A stretch of 64,000 nt of DNA from Moniliella sp. 'wahieum'. Taxonomy: Eukaryota. A program made the translations under genes and the position numbers. The notes under the pieces were generated by a model. It was not told where the DNA came from and searched no databases. It was given only the letters and a program-made list of their open reading frames with translations. Position 1 is the first letter of the stretch. Each line of letters starts with the position of its first letter. This document shows positions 24,675 to 37,529 of the stretch, piece after piece. The DNA lies in assembly GCA_003971905.1 (NCBI GenBank), contig RSEE01000071.1:62001-126000 (forward strand). Direction: 5' to 3'.

Positions 24675-27600
24675 ATGGATACGCTCCTCGACTTTAGTCG
24701 GGAGCTCGACGTCGGCGCCCTCGACCAGGTTGCCGCCGTCATGTACACCGGCACGGGTGCCGACCAGAAACAGGCGCAGGATCTGCTGCGCCAGTTCCAA
24801 GAACACCCCGACGCCTGGCAACGCGTCCCCACCATCATCACCACCAGCTCCCGCAACGAGAGCAAGTACCTTGCCCTCCAGATTCTCGACAAACTCATCA
24901 GCACCCGCTGGAAGACCGTTCCGCCCGAGCAGCAGCAGGGCATTCGCAACTTTGTCGTCCAGACCACCATTGAGCAGTCGTCGGACGAAGCCAACCTCCG
25001 CCACCAGCGCGTCTACATCAACAAGCTCAACTCCACCCTGGTTGAGGTACGTTGCGGCTTTTGTGGCCTCTGTACCCCCCCCCACTTACTAATGCTCCTT
25101 TCCCCTTGTCCCCACCCACAGATCCTGAAGCAGGAGTGGCCCCACGGCTGGCCCAACTTTATTCCTGAAATCGTCGCTTCCAGCAAGACGTCACTGCCCA
25201 TCTGCGAGAACAACATGCACATTCTGCGTCTTCTCTCGGAGGAGATCTTTGACTTTAGCGCAGGGTCGATGACCTCGGCCAAGGCGCAGGCTCTGAAGGA
25301 GCAGATGGTGTCGGAATTCTCCGAAGTCTTCCGTCTCTGCTCGGAGGTGCTGGAGAAGGCACAGAAGCCTTCGTTGATCAAGGCCACGCTTGACACCACT
25401 CTGCGTTTCATCACCTGGGTCCCGCTCGGCTTCATTTTTGAGACGACATTCATGGACACGCTTCTGAGCCGCGTACGTTTGTCTCTGTGTGACGCTTGTA
25501 TCGTATATTAACCTGTATGCAGTTCCTTGAGCACCCCGACTACCGCAACGTGACGCTCAAGTGTCTATCGGAAATTACGCTGGTCAGCCTGCCGGACTAT
25601 GATCAGCAGCTGCTGATTCTCTTCCAGCTGTCCATGTCCGCAATCAACCGGATGCTGCCGCCGTCCGTCGATATTGCCAAGGGCTATGAAGACGGCTCGG
25701 ACGAGGACCAGGAACTGATCAACAACCTTGCCATTTTCATCTCCACTTTCCTTACCCATCACCTCAAGCTTATCGAGACGGAAGACCACCGCGCCTTGCT
25801 CGAGAATGCGCACATGTACCTCATCAAATTGCCATGGTGCCCGAGAAGGAGATCTTTAAGATCTGTCTCGAGTACTTTAGCAAGTTGACCCAAGAGTTTT
25901 ACGAGGAGATGCAAAAGATGCCAGTGTCCAACCCAATCTTGGGCCTCAACTTGGGCGGTGCATTTGGTGGGAACCAGTCCGAGGCGGCGGCGCTGGTGGC
26001 GATGCGCAAGACGATGTATGCCGACATTCTGTCCAACCTGCGGATGGTGATGATTGAGCGCATGGTGAAGCCAGAGGAGTGCTGATCGTGGAGAACGACG
26101 AGGGTGAGATTGTTCGTGAAGTATTGAAGGAGTCGGACGCGATGGTCATGTATAAGAGCATGCGCAGCGTGCTTGTGTACCTCACGCACCTCGACCCCGT
26201 CGACACGGAAAATATCATGACCGACAAACTCTCGCGCCAGGTCGATGGTTCCGAGTGGGGGTGGAACCCGCTTAATACGCTTTGTTGGGCGATCGGATCG
26301 ATCTCGGGAGCCATGTCGGAAGACTCGGAACGTCGATTCCTCGTGACAGTGATCCGGGATTTGCTGACGCTGTGCGAGGCCAAGAAGGGCAAGGACAACA
26401 AGGCGGTGGTTGCGTCAAACATCATGTACATTGTTGGGCAATACCCACGTTTCTTGCGGGCGCATTGGAAGTTCCTCAAGACGGTGGTCAACAAGAACTT
26501 TGAGTTTATGCACGAGACCCATGAGGGTGTGCAAGATATGGCGTGTGACGTTCCTCAAGATTGCGCAGAAATGCCGGAGGCACTTTATCATCCAGCAGGC
26601 CGGCGAGGCCGAGCCGTTTGTTGATGAGATCCTCCATTCGCTCCACTTTACCACCAATGACTTGAGCCCCTCCCAGGTGCACACCTTTTATGAGGCGGTC
26701 GGCTTTATGATCTCAGCACAGACGGACCAAGATCAGCAAGAGCGGTTGATTGCCAAGTTGATGGAGCTACCCAATTCGGCGTGGAATAACGTGTTGGAAC
26801 AAGCACGAGCCAACGTCGATGTCTTCAGCTCCCCGGAGAACATCAAAGTTTTGGCCAATGTGCTCAAGACCAATGTGGCCGCCTGCACCTCCATTGGGGC
26901 GGCTTTCCTTCCGCAATTAGGCCAGATCTACCTCGACATGCTCGAACTGTACAAGAGCGTTAGCACCATCATCTCCACCAAGGTCGAGGCCGAAGGGTTG
27001 ATTGCGACCAAGACACCCATCGTACGTGGCTTGCGGACATCAAGAAGGAGATCCTGCGCTTGGTGGAGACCTATGTAGCGCGCGCGACCGACTTGCAGTA
27101 CATTTCCACCTCGATGATCCCCACCTTACTTGAAGCGGTTCTGGGCGACTATGCCAACAATGTGCCCGACGCACGGGATGCCGAGGTGCTCAACGTGATG
27201 GCTGCCATCACCAACAAGCTGGGTGCCCTTCTCCTGCCCCAGATCCAACCGACGATCGATGCAGTGTTTGAGCCTACGCTGGCTATGATCTCGCTCGACT
27301 TTAGCGAGTTCCCCGAGCACCGCGTTGGATTTCTTCCGTTTGCTGCGTGCCATCACAGAGAACTGCTTTGAGGCACTCCTCACCCTCCCGCCCGAGAAGT
27401 TCCGACTGACGATGGACAGCATCATCTGGGCCATCAAGCACACGATGCGCGATATTGCCGACCAAGGCTTGGTCATCATGCTCGAGCTGTGGACAAGATG
27501 CGGTTGGCAGATGCCTCGGTAGCCCAAGCGTTTTACCAGACGTACTTGCTTGCCGTCTTGCGCGACGTGTTTGCCGTACTGACCGACGCGGACCACAAAT

Positions 27601-28011
27601 CGGGCTTTGGGGGACAGTCGATGTTGCTGGCGAAACTGTTTGAACTGGTAGGCAGGTGCTGTGCTGGTACCGCTCGGTCCGGAAGTGGAGGCGGGACAGG
27701 CGGACAACAAGCTGTATGTGGAGCAGTACACGGCCACTATGCTGCACAATGCGTTCCCCAATATGGATCCGGCCTATGTGGAGCGGTTTGTGGTGGAGCT
27801 ATTTTTGCGCGCGGGCCAGGCCGCCGCATACAAACAAGTCCTTCGCGACTTTCTCATCCTCTCGCGCGAACAGAGTGGGGTGCGGTCGGACCATGCCGAC
27901 TTGTACGTTGACGACAAGGAGGCTCAGGTGGCAGCCGAGATGGCCAAGGCGGGCGAAGTGCCGGGCATGCTCAAGCCGTCGCAGATGAAGGACGAGGACG
28001 AGGAACTGTGA
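24675..28011 (+). CDS. CRM1: Exportin-1 (Crm1/Xpo1), 2 introns
   Basis: [65 protein letters not shown] and C-terminal [17 protein letters not shown]. Confidence 0.97.
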
Positions 28012-28121
28012 GCATTCTTGGTTTTTGTTTTGTTTGGGTCGCGCCCCCTCGCCCCCTCGTCGCATGTGTGGGTTCGTGTACGAAACGAAAAACAGAAAAG
28101 TATACTACAGGTTGGACTACT

Positions 28122-30532
28122 TCAAGCGACCAAGGGCAGGATGTAAATAGAGCAAGTAGGATAGGACAAGTAGGCGTTTGGAGTTTGGAATCGGCTACGG
28201 TGTGGGGGCAGGGCAGGGGCAGGGGCAGGGTGCGCGGACGAGGGCGGAGAAGACGGGGCGGTGCGCGCCAAGGCCGCTTGGTCTTGCGCGTGGGCGGCAC
28301 GTCGACGAGCAGCGTACCAGTCGGGGAGGAAGCCCGGCGCATCGAGTGTGCCTTGCTCAATCGCATCCAGCTGCTTCATCAGGTCGTAGTTGGTCTCGGC
28401 CGGCACTTGGCTGTCCTGCCGATAGGCGGGGCGCCTGAATAAAGTCGCGGATAAACGTCGCGGCCGTCTTGAGCTTGCCGCTGGCGCGATCCGAAACTAG
28501 TGCGAGGTACCGCTCCAACTCACACCGCGTCTCCACGTCCATCCGTAGACGGTCGAGGTACGAGCGGACGAGCGGCACCAAGCCGGCAAACTCGCCCTGC
28601 GCCGCCGTGGGTGTCAGCACGACTTGAAGGAAAGTGAAAAGGAAGGGTTAGGGGGGGGGGGGGGGGACGGGACGTACGGTGCCATTGATCAATTCGTCAA
28701 GGGTGAACTCAGCGTCTTCATCTTGCGGCGCAGGCTCTGGGTCAGGCGAGATGGAGCGCGAGTCTGGGCAAGAAGCAAAAGCGGAGCGAGCAAACGAAGG
28801 CGGGTCCGAGGGCAACTCCTTCTCCAAGCCCTGGGCGCGCGCATGCGAGTTGAGCAGCGCGTCTTTACGGAACCCAGGCTTGCTGTTGGAACTAGCACTA
28901 GCCGTCGTGGCTGGTGTGGGCGGCGTACTGCATCGTTCCTTCTCGGCCGTCAAAGCTTCGCTCAACGCGTCCGGGTTGGGACCGGTAGAGGTAGAGGCAG
29001 TGGCGGGACGAGCGGCGCGGTGGCGCGAAATGTCTTTGCGGAAAAAGAAGCGTTGGGTGTGAATCGCATCGCGTTGCTGGGCGCGCTGCATGTTGATGTC
29101 CACCTTGGACAGCGGCATGTAAAAGTTCAGTCCAAAACTCAGGATGGCACGGGTGAGAAGGACGACAAAGATGCTAAACGCAGCATTCTCAAAGTCGGTG
29201 ATTTGCACTTCCATCGACCGTACCTCCACCCGCCATCCAATCTTGCCACCCAGCGGCGGCGGCTTGAAACGCAGCGTCTGCCAGTTGGTGGACTGGATGT
29301 TCTCAAAGTGATCCAAGCTCTGTCGGTCGTCTAGGTCAACCATCTCAGAGAAGATGACGAGCGGGTCACGAATAAAGAGGTGTGCGAGGTGACGTGCCAA
29401 ACGATCGTCCAGGCCATGCTCCTTGAGCCGCGCCAGCACACCTTCGTCCACAGGGAGAGGGTTGTCATTGTAGTAGGCCTTGTTGGCGGCATCGGTAGAC
29501 AGGTAGGAATCGACAGAATCGTACCGGCTCTTGTTCATGTGCATCCGGCCTTTTCCCTCGGTCATGGCTTGAGCCCTTTCTCCTCGTCTGTCCGGTCGTC
29601 CACAGCAGCAGAGATGATGTTCCAACGCGCATCCACGTCGGCGAGCCAGCCACGGTACACAGGGCTGGCCGCCGACCAAGGAGAAGGGGAGCGACCGGGA
29701 TCAGCTGGTCATAGATCGTGCGCGCCTCCTTGACGGAGCATGCTTGAAACGTGGCCTGGAGACAGCAGCAGCCCATGCCAAAGCCCATGGCGTCCATGTA
29801 AATGTGATCGGGCAAAGCAGAGCCCTCAAACGCTTCGTTGTCTCCGGGGAAGAGAGAGCGATGGGGGATGGAAGGGTCGTGGAACGGCCGCGGGGTGTTC
29901 ACGTCGTGGAAGACAGGCACATTGATGGCCACCTTTTTGCCGCGCCGCTTGCGGATATTGGCCGTCAAGGTGGGGAAGCGGACGTGCTGGTTGATGACCT
30001 GGTCGGGCAGGAACAGACTCTGACTCGCAGGGCCGTCAGGGACATGGGCGGGCTCGATAAAGGGTTTGCCGGGACGCGGAGCGCCGAGCATCGGGTAGCT
30101 CGTCACAGTCAGCGGCACCTCGTTGGGCCGGAGATGGGCACGGACAATGAGCCGGCGCAGACGCATGTCGGGTTCGACCTGGCGCAGCGCATCGGGGCTC
30201 GCTTCAAACGGCTGCCCCGGTGTGGTTTCCAGCATGAAGCGGCCGTACTCGGGGTGGAAGAGAGGGTAGGAGGCGCTGCGTCCCTCGGCCGCGGCCTCGA
30301 GCTCTTGCAGGATCTCGCCCTGGCGGAGACTGAGCGGGGCATTGCGCGCCGCATCGTCAAAGGCGACCACCACGTACTCGAGCTCATCGCCCCAGAGCAT
30401 GTGGTCGCCCTGGCGGTCCTTGACGGCGTCCCAGAGATGGAGGAACTGGGTGATGCCATGCGTGCGCACATGGTCGGCGAGCTTCTGGGCGTCGGGCCAG
30501 TCGTACGGCGTGCCGAGGGAGAGGAGACCCAT
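28122..30532 (-). CDS. GSH1: Glutamate-cysteine ligase catalytic subunit (3' end uncertain)
   Basis: [59 protein letters not shown] and GWRVE. Intron at about 28540-28678. Confidence 0.97.
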
Positions 30533-30872
30533 GGGGAGGACGGGGCGGAGGCGAGTGCGGGCGGGAGGAGCGGTGGGAGGGAGCGGTGGAGAGGGGACGG
30601 GTGCGGGTGCTGTGGTGATAAAAAAAGAAACCCCGAAGAAAGACGGGCCGAACCGATCAGCGCTCAGGACGTTAAATCCGGCAGTAGCACGCTATCGACG
30701 ATCATCCACCGCGGGCGTCTGCGACGCGCACAGCCGGCCGGCGCCCGTCGCCGCCATCGCCCACTAACCCATCCGCACCGCCGATCGACGCATGGAGCCA
30801 TGTCGCCCTCCTGCCTGCGTCTGGGCGGCACGCCGGGGATTGGCGCGGCTGGTCTGTAGCGTCACTCATGCG

Positions 30873-30913
30873 TCCATCCATCCATCCATCCATCCATCCC
30901 ATCCATCCATCCA
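30873..30913. repeat. (ATCC)n microsatellite
   Basis: Seen directly. Confidence 0.9.
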
Positions 30914-31594
30914 TTCTCGACAGGGGGCAGGAGGCGTCGGCTAGGCGCGGGTAATTTGCCCCGTGGCAGTCCCGTGTGGGGAGCGCGTTGCCTGGCCAGC
31001 GTGCGCTGGGCGAGCAGGGGCGCAGCAGACTCTCTTTCCACACGGAACCTGCGGCTGCCCTCGCCGGCCGTCTCCTATCCGGGTAGGCCACGCCGTGGCT
31101 CGTTGCGTGGATCCACAGCGCACTCGAGGCACAGCAAAAGCTACCGAGCGCGCTTAACGCCATACGCCATACGCTCACCAGCCAACCTTATTGCGCGGCA
31201 TTTTTGGGTTCTAAGTTCAGTTGAACTTGAAGCTTGAACCTTGAACGCTGAACGAACAGGCCCTGCGCTCTCCTGCCCCGCCTGTGCCCGCTCACGCACT
31301 CCGTACTCATGGTTCTCCGCTGCCCAGCTGCTCCGCACGCCGCCCGCTCGCTAGCACGCCATTCCAGCCCACCCACCGCCCCTGTCCTGCGTCCACCCAC
31401 CCACCTAGCCTACCTCCGCACCCACCCCACACTAAAAGATACAAGATGCATTCATCAGGCCACACGCACACCGCCCATACACCAGCGCAAAAAAGCTAGC
31501 AGCTTTAAGCACGCTGGCTGCCCCCCACCGCCTCGTCCCTCGTCCCAACGTCCAACCCACGTCGTCGAGCCACTGGTGGCGCCCGGGGCGTACT

Positions 31595-33028
31595 TTACCC
31601 GGCAGCGACCTCAGCTACGGCTCCAGCTCCAGCTCCGTCCGCAACACCGAGGGCGAAGCGTGGGGGGAGTCGTGGGGGAAAGGCGAGTGGGCCGACGGGC
31701 CAGGCGAACGGGAAGGTTGTCGTCCGCCGCGTTGGAGCGCCCGGCGGCCGGCGTGGTGGGTCGCAATGCTTGTCCGGCCATGGCGAAGGAGACGGCTTCC
31801 TGGGCAGGAGGGGGCCAGGCGCAGGAACATGAGCATGAGCATGAACATGTGCAGGAGCAGCGGCAGTGGCAGGAGCAGGCGTGAGGACCGCCTGGCTCGG
31901 TCTTCGAGCTGGGACCGTGTCGATGGGAGAGTCCGAAACGCGCCGCGCCCACACATTGACAAAGAGCAGACGTTTGAGGCGGCGGTTGTAGAAGAAGGCA
32001 TAGGTCGTCCACAGTACTCCACCCCCGGACGAGTCGAGCGCACCGCGCGGGGGCGCATCGTCCCCCGCGTCCGAGGATGCTTCGGACGGCGGGGACTCGC
32101 CTCGAAACCCGCCTGCGTAATCTTCATCAAAGACCAGGTCGTCGTCCGAGGGTTTGCGCTGGTGGTGCTGGTGGACCGGGACAAAGGGCGCCGGGTGCGC
32201 CTCGTGCGCCCACTCGTCCGGTTCGGAACCGAGGTCGTCGTACTCGCTCCCCACGCCCATTGGTGCAGGCTCCATCTCGTCCGTATCAATCTCGCCTGTT
32301 GCATGCGGATCGGCCTCGAGCGAAGGATGGAACGTGAACACCTCACAATCGTTCACGTCCATAATGTCGTCCACGACCGAGGCCAACTGTGCGCCGGGGC
32401 CAAGCGGGGAGGAAAGGAGGAGCTGGTGGGGCTGGATGGGCTTCCGAGGAGCGAGGGCAGGGCACCAGGAAGGGCAGAGAAGGAGCGTGGCGTGCCCGAA
32501 ACGGCGGACAGGTGGCGCAGGGTGGTGCTGAGGCTCGACAGCACGCCGTGGGGACTGGCTTCGGCGCGGAAATCAGCGGGATTGACCGCGCTAAAGTCGT
32601 AGTCGGGGAAGGCGAGGTTGAGGGCGGTGATGAGGGTGAAGAGGACCTTGCGGGCCTGCGGGTCGTTGAGCGGGCCAAAGGCCGAGTCGAAGCTGCCTTG
32701 GTCGAGACCATCGGGAGGGAGAGGGAGAGGGAAACAAATTGGAATGGGAATGGGAGGGGGAGAGTGGCGGAGAGGTCTGGCTCTGGAGGGACGTGCTGAG
32801 CGGGGGCGCGTCTGCGGCGTCGACAGATCGGGAGAGGAGGAGGTGGGCGTCGCGCTGGGCGGCAGCACGGGCAGTGTAGTGCTGCTCGAGGGCGCGGAGC
32901 AGACGGCGTTCGCGCGACACGGCCTTGCACGAGTAGGCCTCGAGACGCGTAAAGATGCGCACGTCGGAGGACTCGAAGGTGAGCGCGCGCGAGAGGAGCT
33001 CGAGCTCGGGGTAGTCGAGATACTTCAT
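31595..33028 (-). CDS. MAF1: RNA polymerase III repressor Maf1 (3' end uncertain)
   Basis: MKYLDYPEL..RLEAYSCK, LITALNLAFPDYDFS and LWTTYAFFYNRRLKRLLF. Confidence 0.93.
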
Positions 33029-33059
33029 GGGGCGAAGGCGGGGGCAGGGGGAGCAGGAG

Positions 33060-33112
33060 GCAGAGCAGAGGCAGAGGCAGAGGCAGAGGCAGAGGCAGAG
33101 GCAGAGGCAGGA
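33060..33112. repeat. (GCAGAG)n microsatellite just upstream of the MAF1 start
   Basis: Seen directly. Confidence 0.9.
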
Positions 33113-36100
33113 GGGCAACAGCCAAGGCCTGGCCGCAGATGGTGGCTGCGGGCGACGCGGCGTCTGATTTCTGATTGCACTGACCGCGTCGGGCGGGGGA
33201 GGGAGAGGCAGTGCGCTGTGCTGCCTCGTGCCCAGCCCCCTCTCACATCTCACGTAAGCTGCAGCCAGACACGCGCACGTGCGCTGACACTGCCCCCCTG
33301 CTCCACGTGCGCTGTGCTGGCCCTTGTCCTCCCACGCCCCTATCTGCTTATCGCGTCTCCATTCCGCCCGGCGCGGGGCCTGCTGGCGGAACACCCCCCC
33401 TGACGTCACCTGACCCTGGCGCCGCCTCTGCCCACTGGAAAAAGCACAGGCCACCCCCACCTCACACTACTACGGCCCCCACTCTGGTACCAGTGATTCC
33501 AGCGTGTCCGACGACGTCGCTTGGGAGCCAGGGGATGTGGGGTATCAGCGATATCAGCATGTGCGCATGCGCATGCGCATCATGTCAAAGCGCCGCCCAT
33601 GGCCCCACTCACGTCTCGAGAGGTTCGGGCTGATGGGTCCGGGATGCGCACCTCCCTATGATGGAAGACTGGCTACTGACGACTGACGACTGACACCAAA
33701 CCTATTCTCGTCCTCATCACGCAATGCATGTCCATTGGATACTCGCATTAATCACTGTCACTGTCCGAAGAGTCGTCGCTTCCTCTGGGCCACGTCTTTG
33801 CTCAGCGCCTTGGCGCTCAGTTCGGGGGACTTTCAGCTGGTCCTCAAGTCCATATGTGCACGTGAGACGCCCCCGGGATGAAGTACTCTCTCGTTTCGTT
33901 CCTCCCCGTGACTGGGCCCTTCTCGTAGTTGCGCATCAGTACTTTCTGGTTGTCTTACTCTATCATGCACTTCTTGGTGCAGACGTGCTGAATACTGTAC
34001 CCATACCTTGACATAGTCCCCGAGCTCGTAACGGCCCAGATCCTTGTCGGTGAGAGATTGCTGTACCACGCCAATCTTGGTCCTTGGCTGATCAAACACT
34101 GCGGCAGGGACAGCGCCCGAGCGCATCAAAAGCTCTTCCTCCACAGATCGTCCGCCTCGAATTGGTTCAGCTCGAAGATCCCGGCCCTTGTCTTCGGTAG
34201 AGCAATTCCCCTCAGGGATGAGCGAGTGTGGAGGGGCGGCTTCTCATCATTCTTCTCGAACTTGTTCATGTCGGCGACACAAGAGCAGCACAGAGTTGTT
34301 GGACGTTGGAGTCCATAGCTCCCGTCGCGGTGCATTTTCACATCACCATCGCTGCTGCCTGCACCGCCTGCTGCCCGCCTTCCTCGTCCCGTCCCCATCG
34401 CTCGGTTCTCCTTGCCTGGTCTGCATTAATTGCTGCCGTGCGTCTCCATTCCCTCTCCCGCCACACACACCGTCCTCCTCGCCTCGTCAGTATCGCTGGT
34501 GGACGCCCCCTCCGCCTCTCGCCCCGTCCCCCTCTCAATGTCTGCATTGCTTCTGTCGTACATGCTCTCTTGCCCGCCAGCGCTCTGTTGCTGACCCCGC
34601 CTACACAGACTCCCCCTCGCGGGCAATCTTGCCCTCATTTCACCTGGTCCGCAGCGCCATCGTACGTGCCCGCTTCCTCCACATTCCCCTCGCTTCTTCT
34701 GACCTTGTGGGTCACATCCGTGATGCAATAAAAACCTTTTCGCTCGCCTTCGATCCCCCCTTTGACCGTCTGCTCACTTTGGCTGTCTCGCTTACATGGT
34801 TTGCCTTGCCTGTGGTCCTCTCACTTGGCTGGTCTGCCTTGCCATCGTACGTCCCCGTCCTTCGCGCTTGGAGTGGTCCTGCCACTGACACTGTCTGCCC
34901 AGCTGCGGCATGCACGGAATCCCACAGTTGGTTCGTCTCGCCTTGTTCGCCTCGACTCGTCTGACCTGTTTCGCCGCCGTCGTACGTCCCTTCTGTTATA
35001 TGCCGACGCTGTTCCTGACCTTGTTTGCCCTGCTCGTGTACATTCCGACTTCATCCCGCTTTCCCTCGCTCCTGGCCGACTTGATCGCCTGACCCGTGAG
35101 TCCGTCGCACATCTTCTGTCTCTCGCTAACCCTGTGCTGCTGCTGACTTGGTCAGCTTCTCCCTAGTGTGCGCTCCCCTCACACTAACCTGCCACTTTCT
35201 GTACCGCTTACTGCTCTACTACGTTGTGGTGCTTCCGTCCTACGTCACATGTCACACCTAACCGTGGTTGCCGTGTAATCGCTTTCCAGCGATCTTCGAA
35301 TGCATTCTATCTAAAAAACACCTACCCTGCCTGTAAATCTAGTAGTAGTTCTGTGCATCTAAAACGAGTCCAGTGAGTAGTGACTAGGCAAGTGACTTGG
35401 GACTAATAGTGATGCTAGCAGTGAAGGGGGACACACTGTCCCCTTTTGTCCATGTGGGTCATGCTTCCCATTTCTCTTTTCCCCGCCCAACAGGTCTCCC
35501 ATCGTCCACCCTGCTCCCAGCTTCCCCGTAGCCATCCAGGGCACTCTGTTCCCCGCTCCCAACTCTCCGCGCTCAAAGTCCAACATTCAACAGCCCTCTC
35601 CCTTTTCTCCTTTAAACTTATGCCCTCGATATGGGTTGGGGGCACATGGATATGAACTGCAATTTCTATGCGCTCATAGGAGGCACCTAGTCCCTAATAC
35701 CTCGTGCTGATGTCGATGATGTTCAAGGTAGAGGTTGAACGGGCAAGCGTGTCTTACGTGCCAGGATATGCGCCCCTACCCATGCTTCATGCCTCTCATG
35801 TCCCATCAGGTTGGATGGTCGATGAAGCTTGAAAAGCAAGAAGGCAGAACCATGCGGAGGATGGCGATGACCACATTTGGCATGGACCCCCCACCTTTCG
35901 CTTTCCCCCTGTTCGATTCGTGGCCGCCCCAGAACGCTTGTTGCCAGCGAAGCTCCAGTAGGAGGGTACATACGCGCGCAAGCAGCAGTTGCATGAGCTA
36001 GTGTTGGTTGGGTTTTGCGCCAATTAACGCTTTAGCGCTTAGCCAACATTGAACGTTGAGCCTTTCAAATCCGAGTTGCGGCGCAAGCGCACAGACCAGA

Positions 36101-36273
36101 TCATGCAGACGCATACACTGCCCCTTGCTTGATTGGATGCATGGATTGGTGTCGCCCGACACATGCGGCATTGTCACATGTCACATGTCACATGTCACGG
36201 AGGAAGGCTTCTCCCGTGCGTTGGTCGTTTTGCTGCTCCGCCTATAGGACGCATAAGCCTCTCCTCTACGGCC

Positions 36274-36280
36274 TATATAA
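36274..36280 (+). promoter_or_regulatory. TATA box of the metallothionein gene
   Basis: TATATAA about 70 bp upstream of the ATG, followed by a pyrimidine-rich leader. Confidence 0.65.
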
Positions 36281-36343
36281 CCCGCCCGCCGCACCACCTC
36301 TCTTGGCTCTCTTCCCTCACCCCCTTTTCCCCCGCCATTGATC

Positions 36344-36554
36344 ATGTCTGTACGTCCTCCACCTCCCTACTGCCTAGGCGACCCACCTCCCTTCCGGGCG
36401 GGCAACTGACGCTCTGTGGCCTTGGCTCTCGTACCCATGTGGACATGATGCATGACAGTGCCCCTGTGGACCCAACTCGTCGTGCTCGTGCAGCAGCGCC
36501 TCGACGGCCTGCTCGTGTGGCACGACATGCTCGTGCGAGGGCTGCAAGAAGTAA
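36344..36554 (+). CDS. Metallothionein, 33 aa: MSCPCGPNSSCSCSSASTACSCGTTCSCEGCKK
   Basis: Exon 1 ATGTCT (36344-36349), intron GTACGT..ACTGAC..CAG (36350-36458), exon 2 36459-36554 ending in TAA. Nine Cys in CxC/CxCxxC motifs and no aromatic residues, as in fungal Cu-thioneins. Confidence 0.92.
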
Positions 36555-37034
36555 CTCGCTCTTGTGCCATGGTCCCCCCTTGCACGTGCCCCCCCTGCCT
36601 CGTCTACTCGTGGAGTGCATGCCTGGTACCAGGGCGACCGACCATTTGGGTGTCCCCCGGGCTGGGCCACTCCGGCGTCGAGCGCCCTCTGCTTCCAGCG
36701 AACCTAGGTGCGACGCTCCGCAGCAGTATGCGTGGGCTTGACAATCAATGGCGTTGACGAGAGTGTGTGTTGGGTGGTGGCTATGGGATGGATGGATGGA
36801 TGGATGGATGGATGCTATGGTTGGTACCAGTACTTTGTGGCCAGTGGCTAATTGCTGTGGGGAGTGGCTAGTGGGGTTGGAACATTGAACGTTCAAGTTG
36901 ATTTGGAACACATGAGAGACCGACTGACGTAAGCCTGCTTGGGGGGTTAAATTTTACGGTCGGGAACGGACTTGTGCTGTGGGCCGGCTGGGCTGAGATG
37001 TATTTGATGTGAGAAGAGCCGAACCGCCCTCTGG

Positions 37035-37384
37035 TGCTAGAGTGCGACTTGAGAGCACTCGCGATCCTATGGATCAGCTGCAAAGCAGCCTTCAGACAAG
37101 GCGTGAAGGCAAAGTGGTGAGCCACAAGTCTTCAAGCAACGTCTCATTGTGAGGAGCAACAGGTCAAGAAAGGAAGCAGAGGCGTACCTTCAGACAAGGC
37201 GTGAAGGCAAATGGTGAGCCACAAGTCTTCAAGCAACGTCTGAAGGGAAGAGAAAGGAGAGAGAGAAGGAGATGGAGCGAGCAGGGCGTGCGCGGCCTGC
37301 GAGCGGAACGCTTCCGCTCGGCTAGGCGAGCGTCACCGATCCATTGAGGGCCGTGCAGGAGAACCCTAGCAGTACCCTCTAACA
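37035..37384 (-). repeat. 3' LTR, with an internal 56-bp duplication
   Basis: Direct repeat of 41247-41598. Internal copies at 37089-37144 and 37187-37241. Confidence 0.95.
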
Positions 37385-37393
37385 GCCCCCCTC
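37385..37393 (-). promoter_or_regulatory. Polypurine tract
   Basis: GAGGGGGGC immediately before the 3' LTR on the minus strand. Confidence 0.75.
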
Positions 37394-37529
37394 GGTGAGC
37401 TCGCCAGACCACAGGTGGTGGTGGTCCTCGGCCAAGGGCCAAGGCATGGATGAAAGAAGAAAGGATGTCTCCAACGCCTCTGGTCAAAAAGTGAAAGGAA
37501 AAACATAATTGGCAAGCGATGTTGCCAAG

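Noticed and set aside
24675..28011. CRM1 and other core genes as pseudogenes or programmed-frameshift genes
   Set aside because: Indels are scattered through all genes with no shared slippery motif while protein motifs remain intact. Assembly error is the simpler explanation.
29744..30859. Long antisense and alternate-frame ORFs (e.g. 29744-30859, 31766-32602, 57506-58462)
   Set aside because: These are shadow ORFs of GC-rich real genes on the opposite strand.
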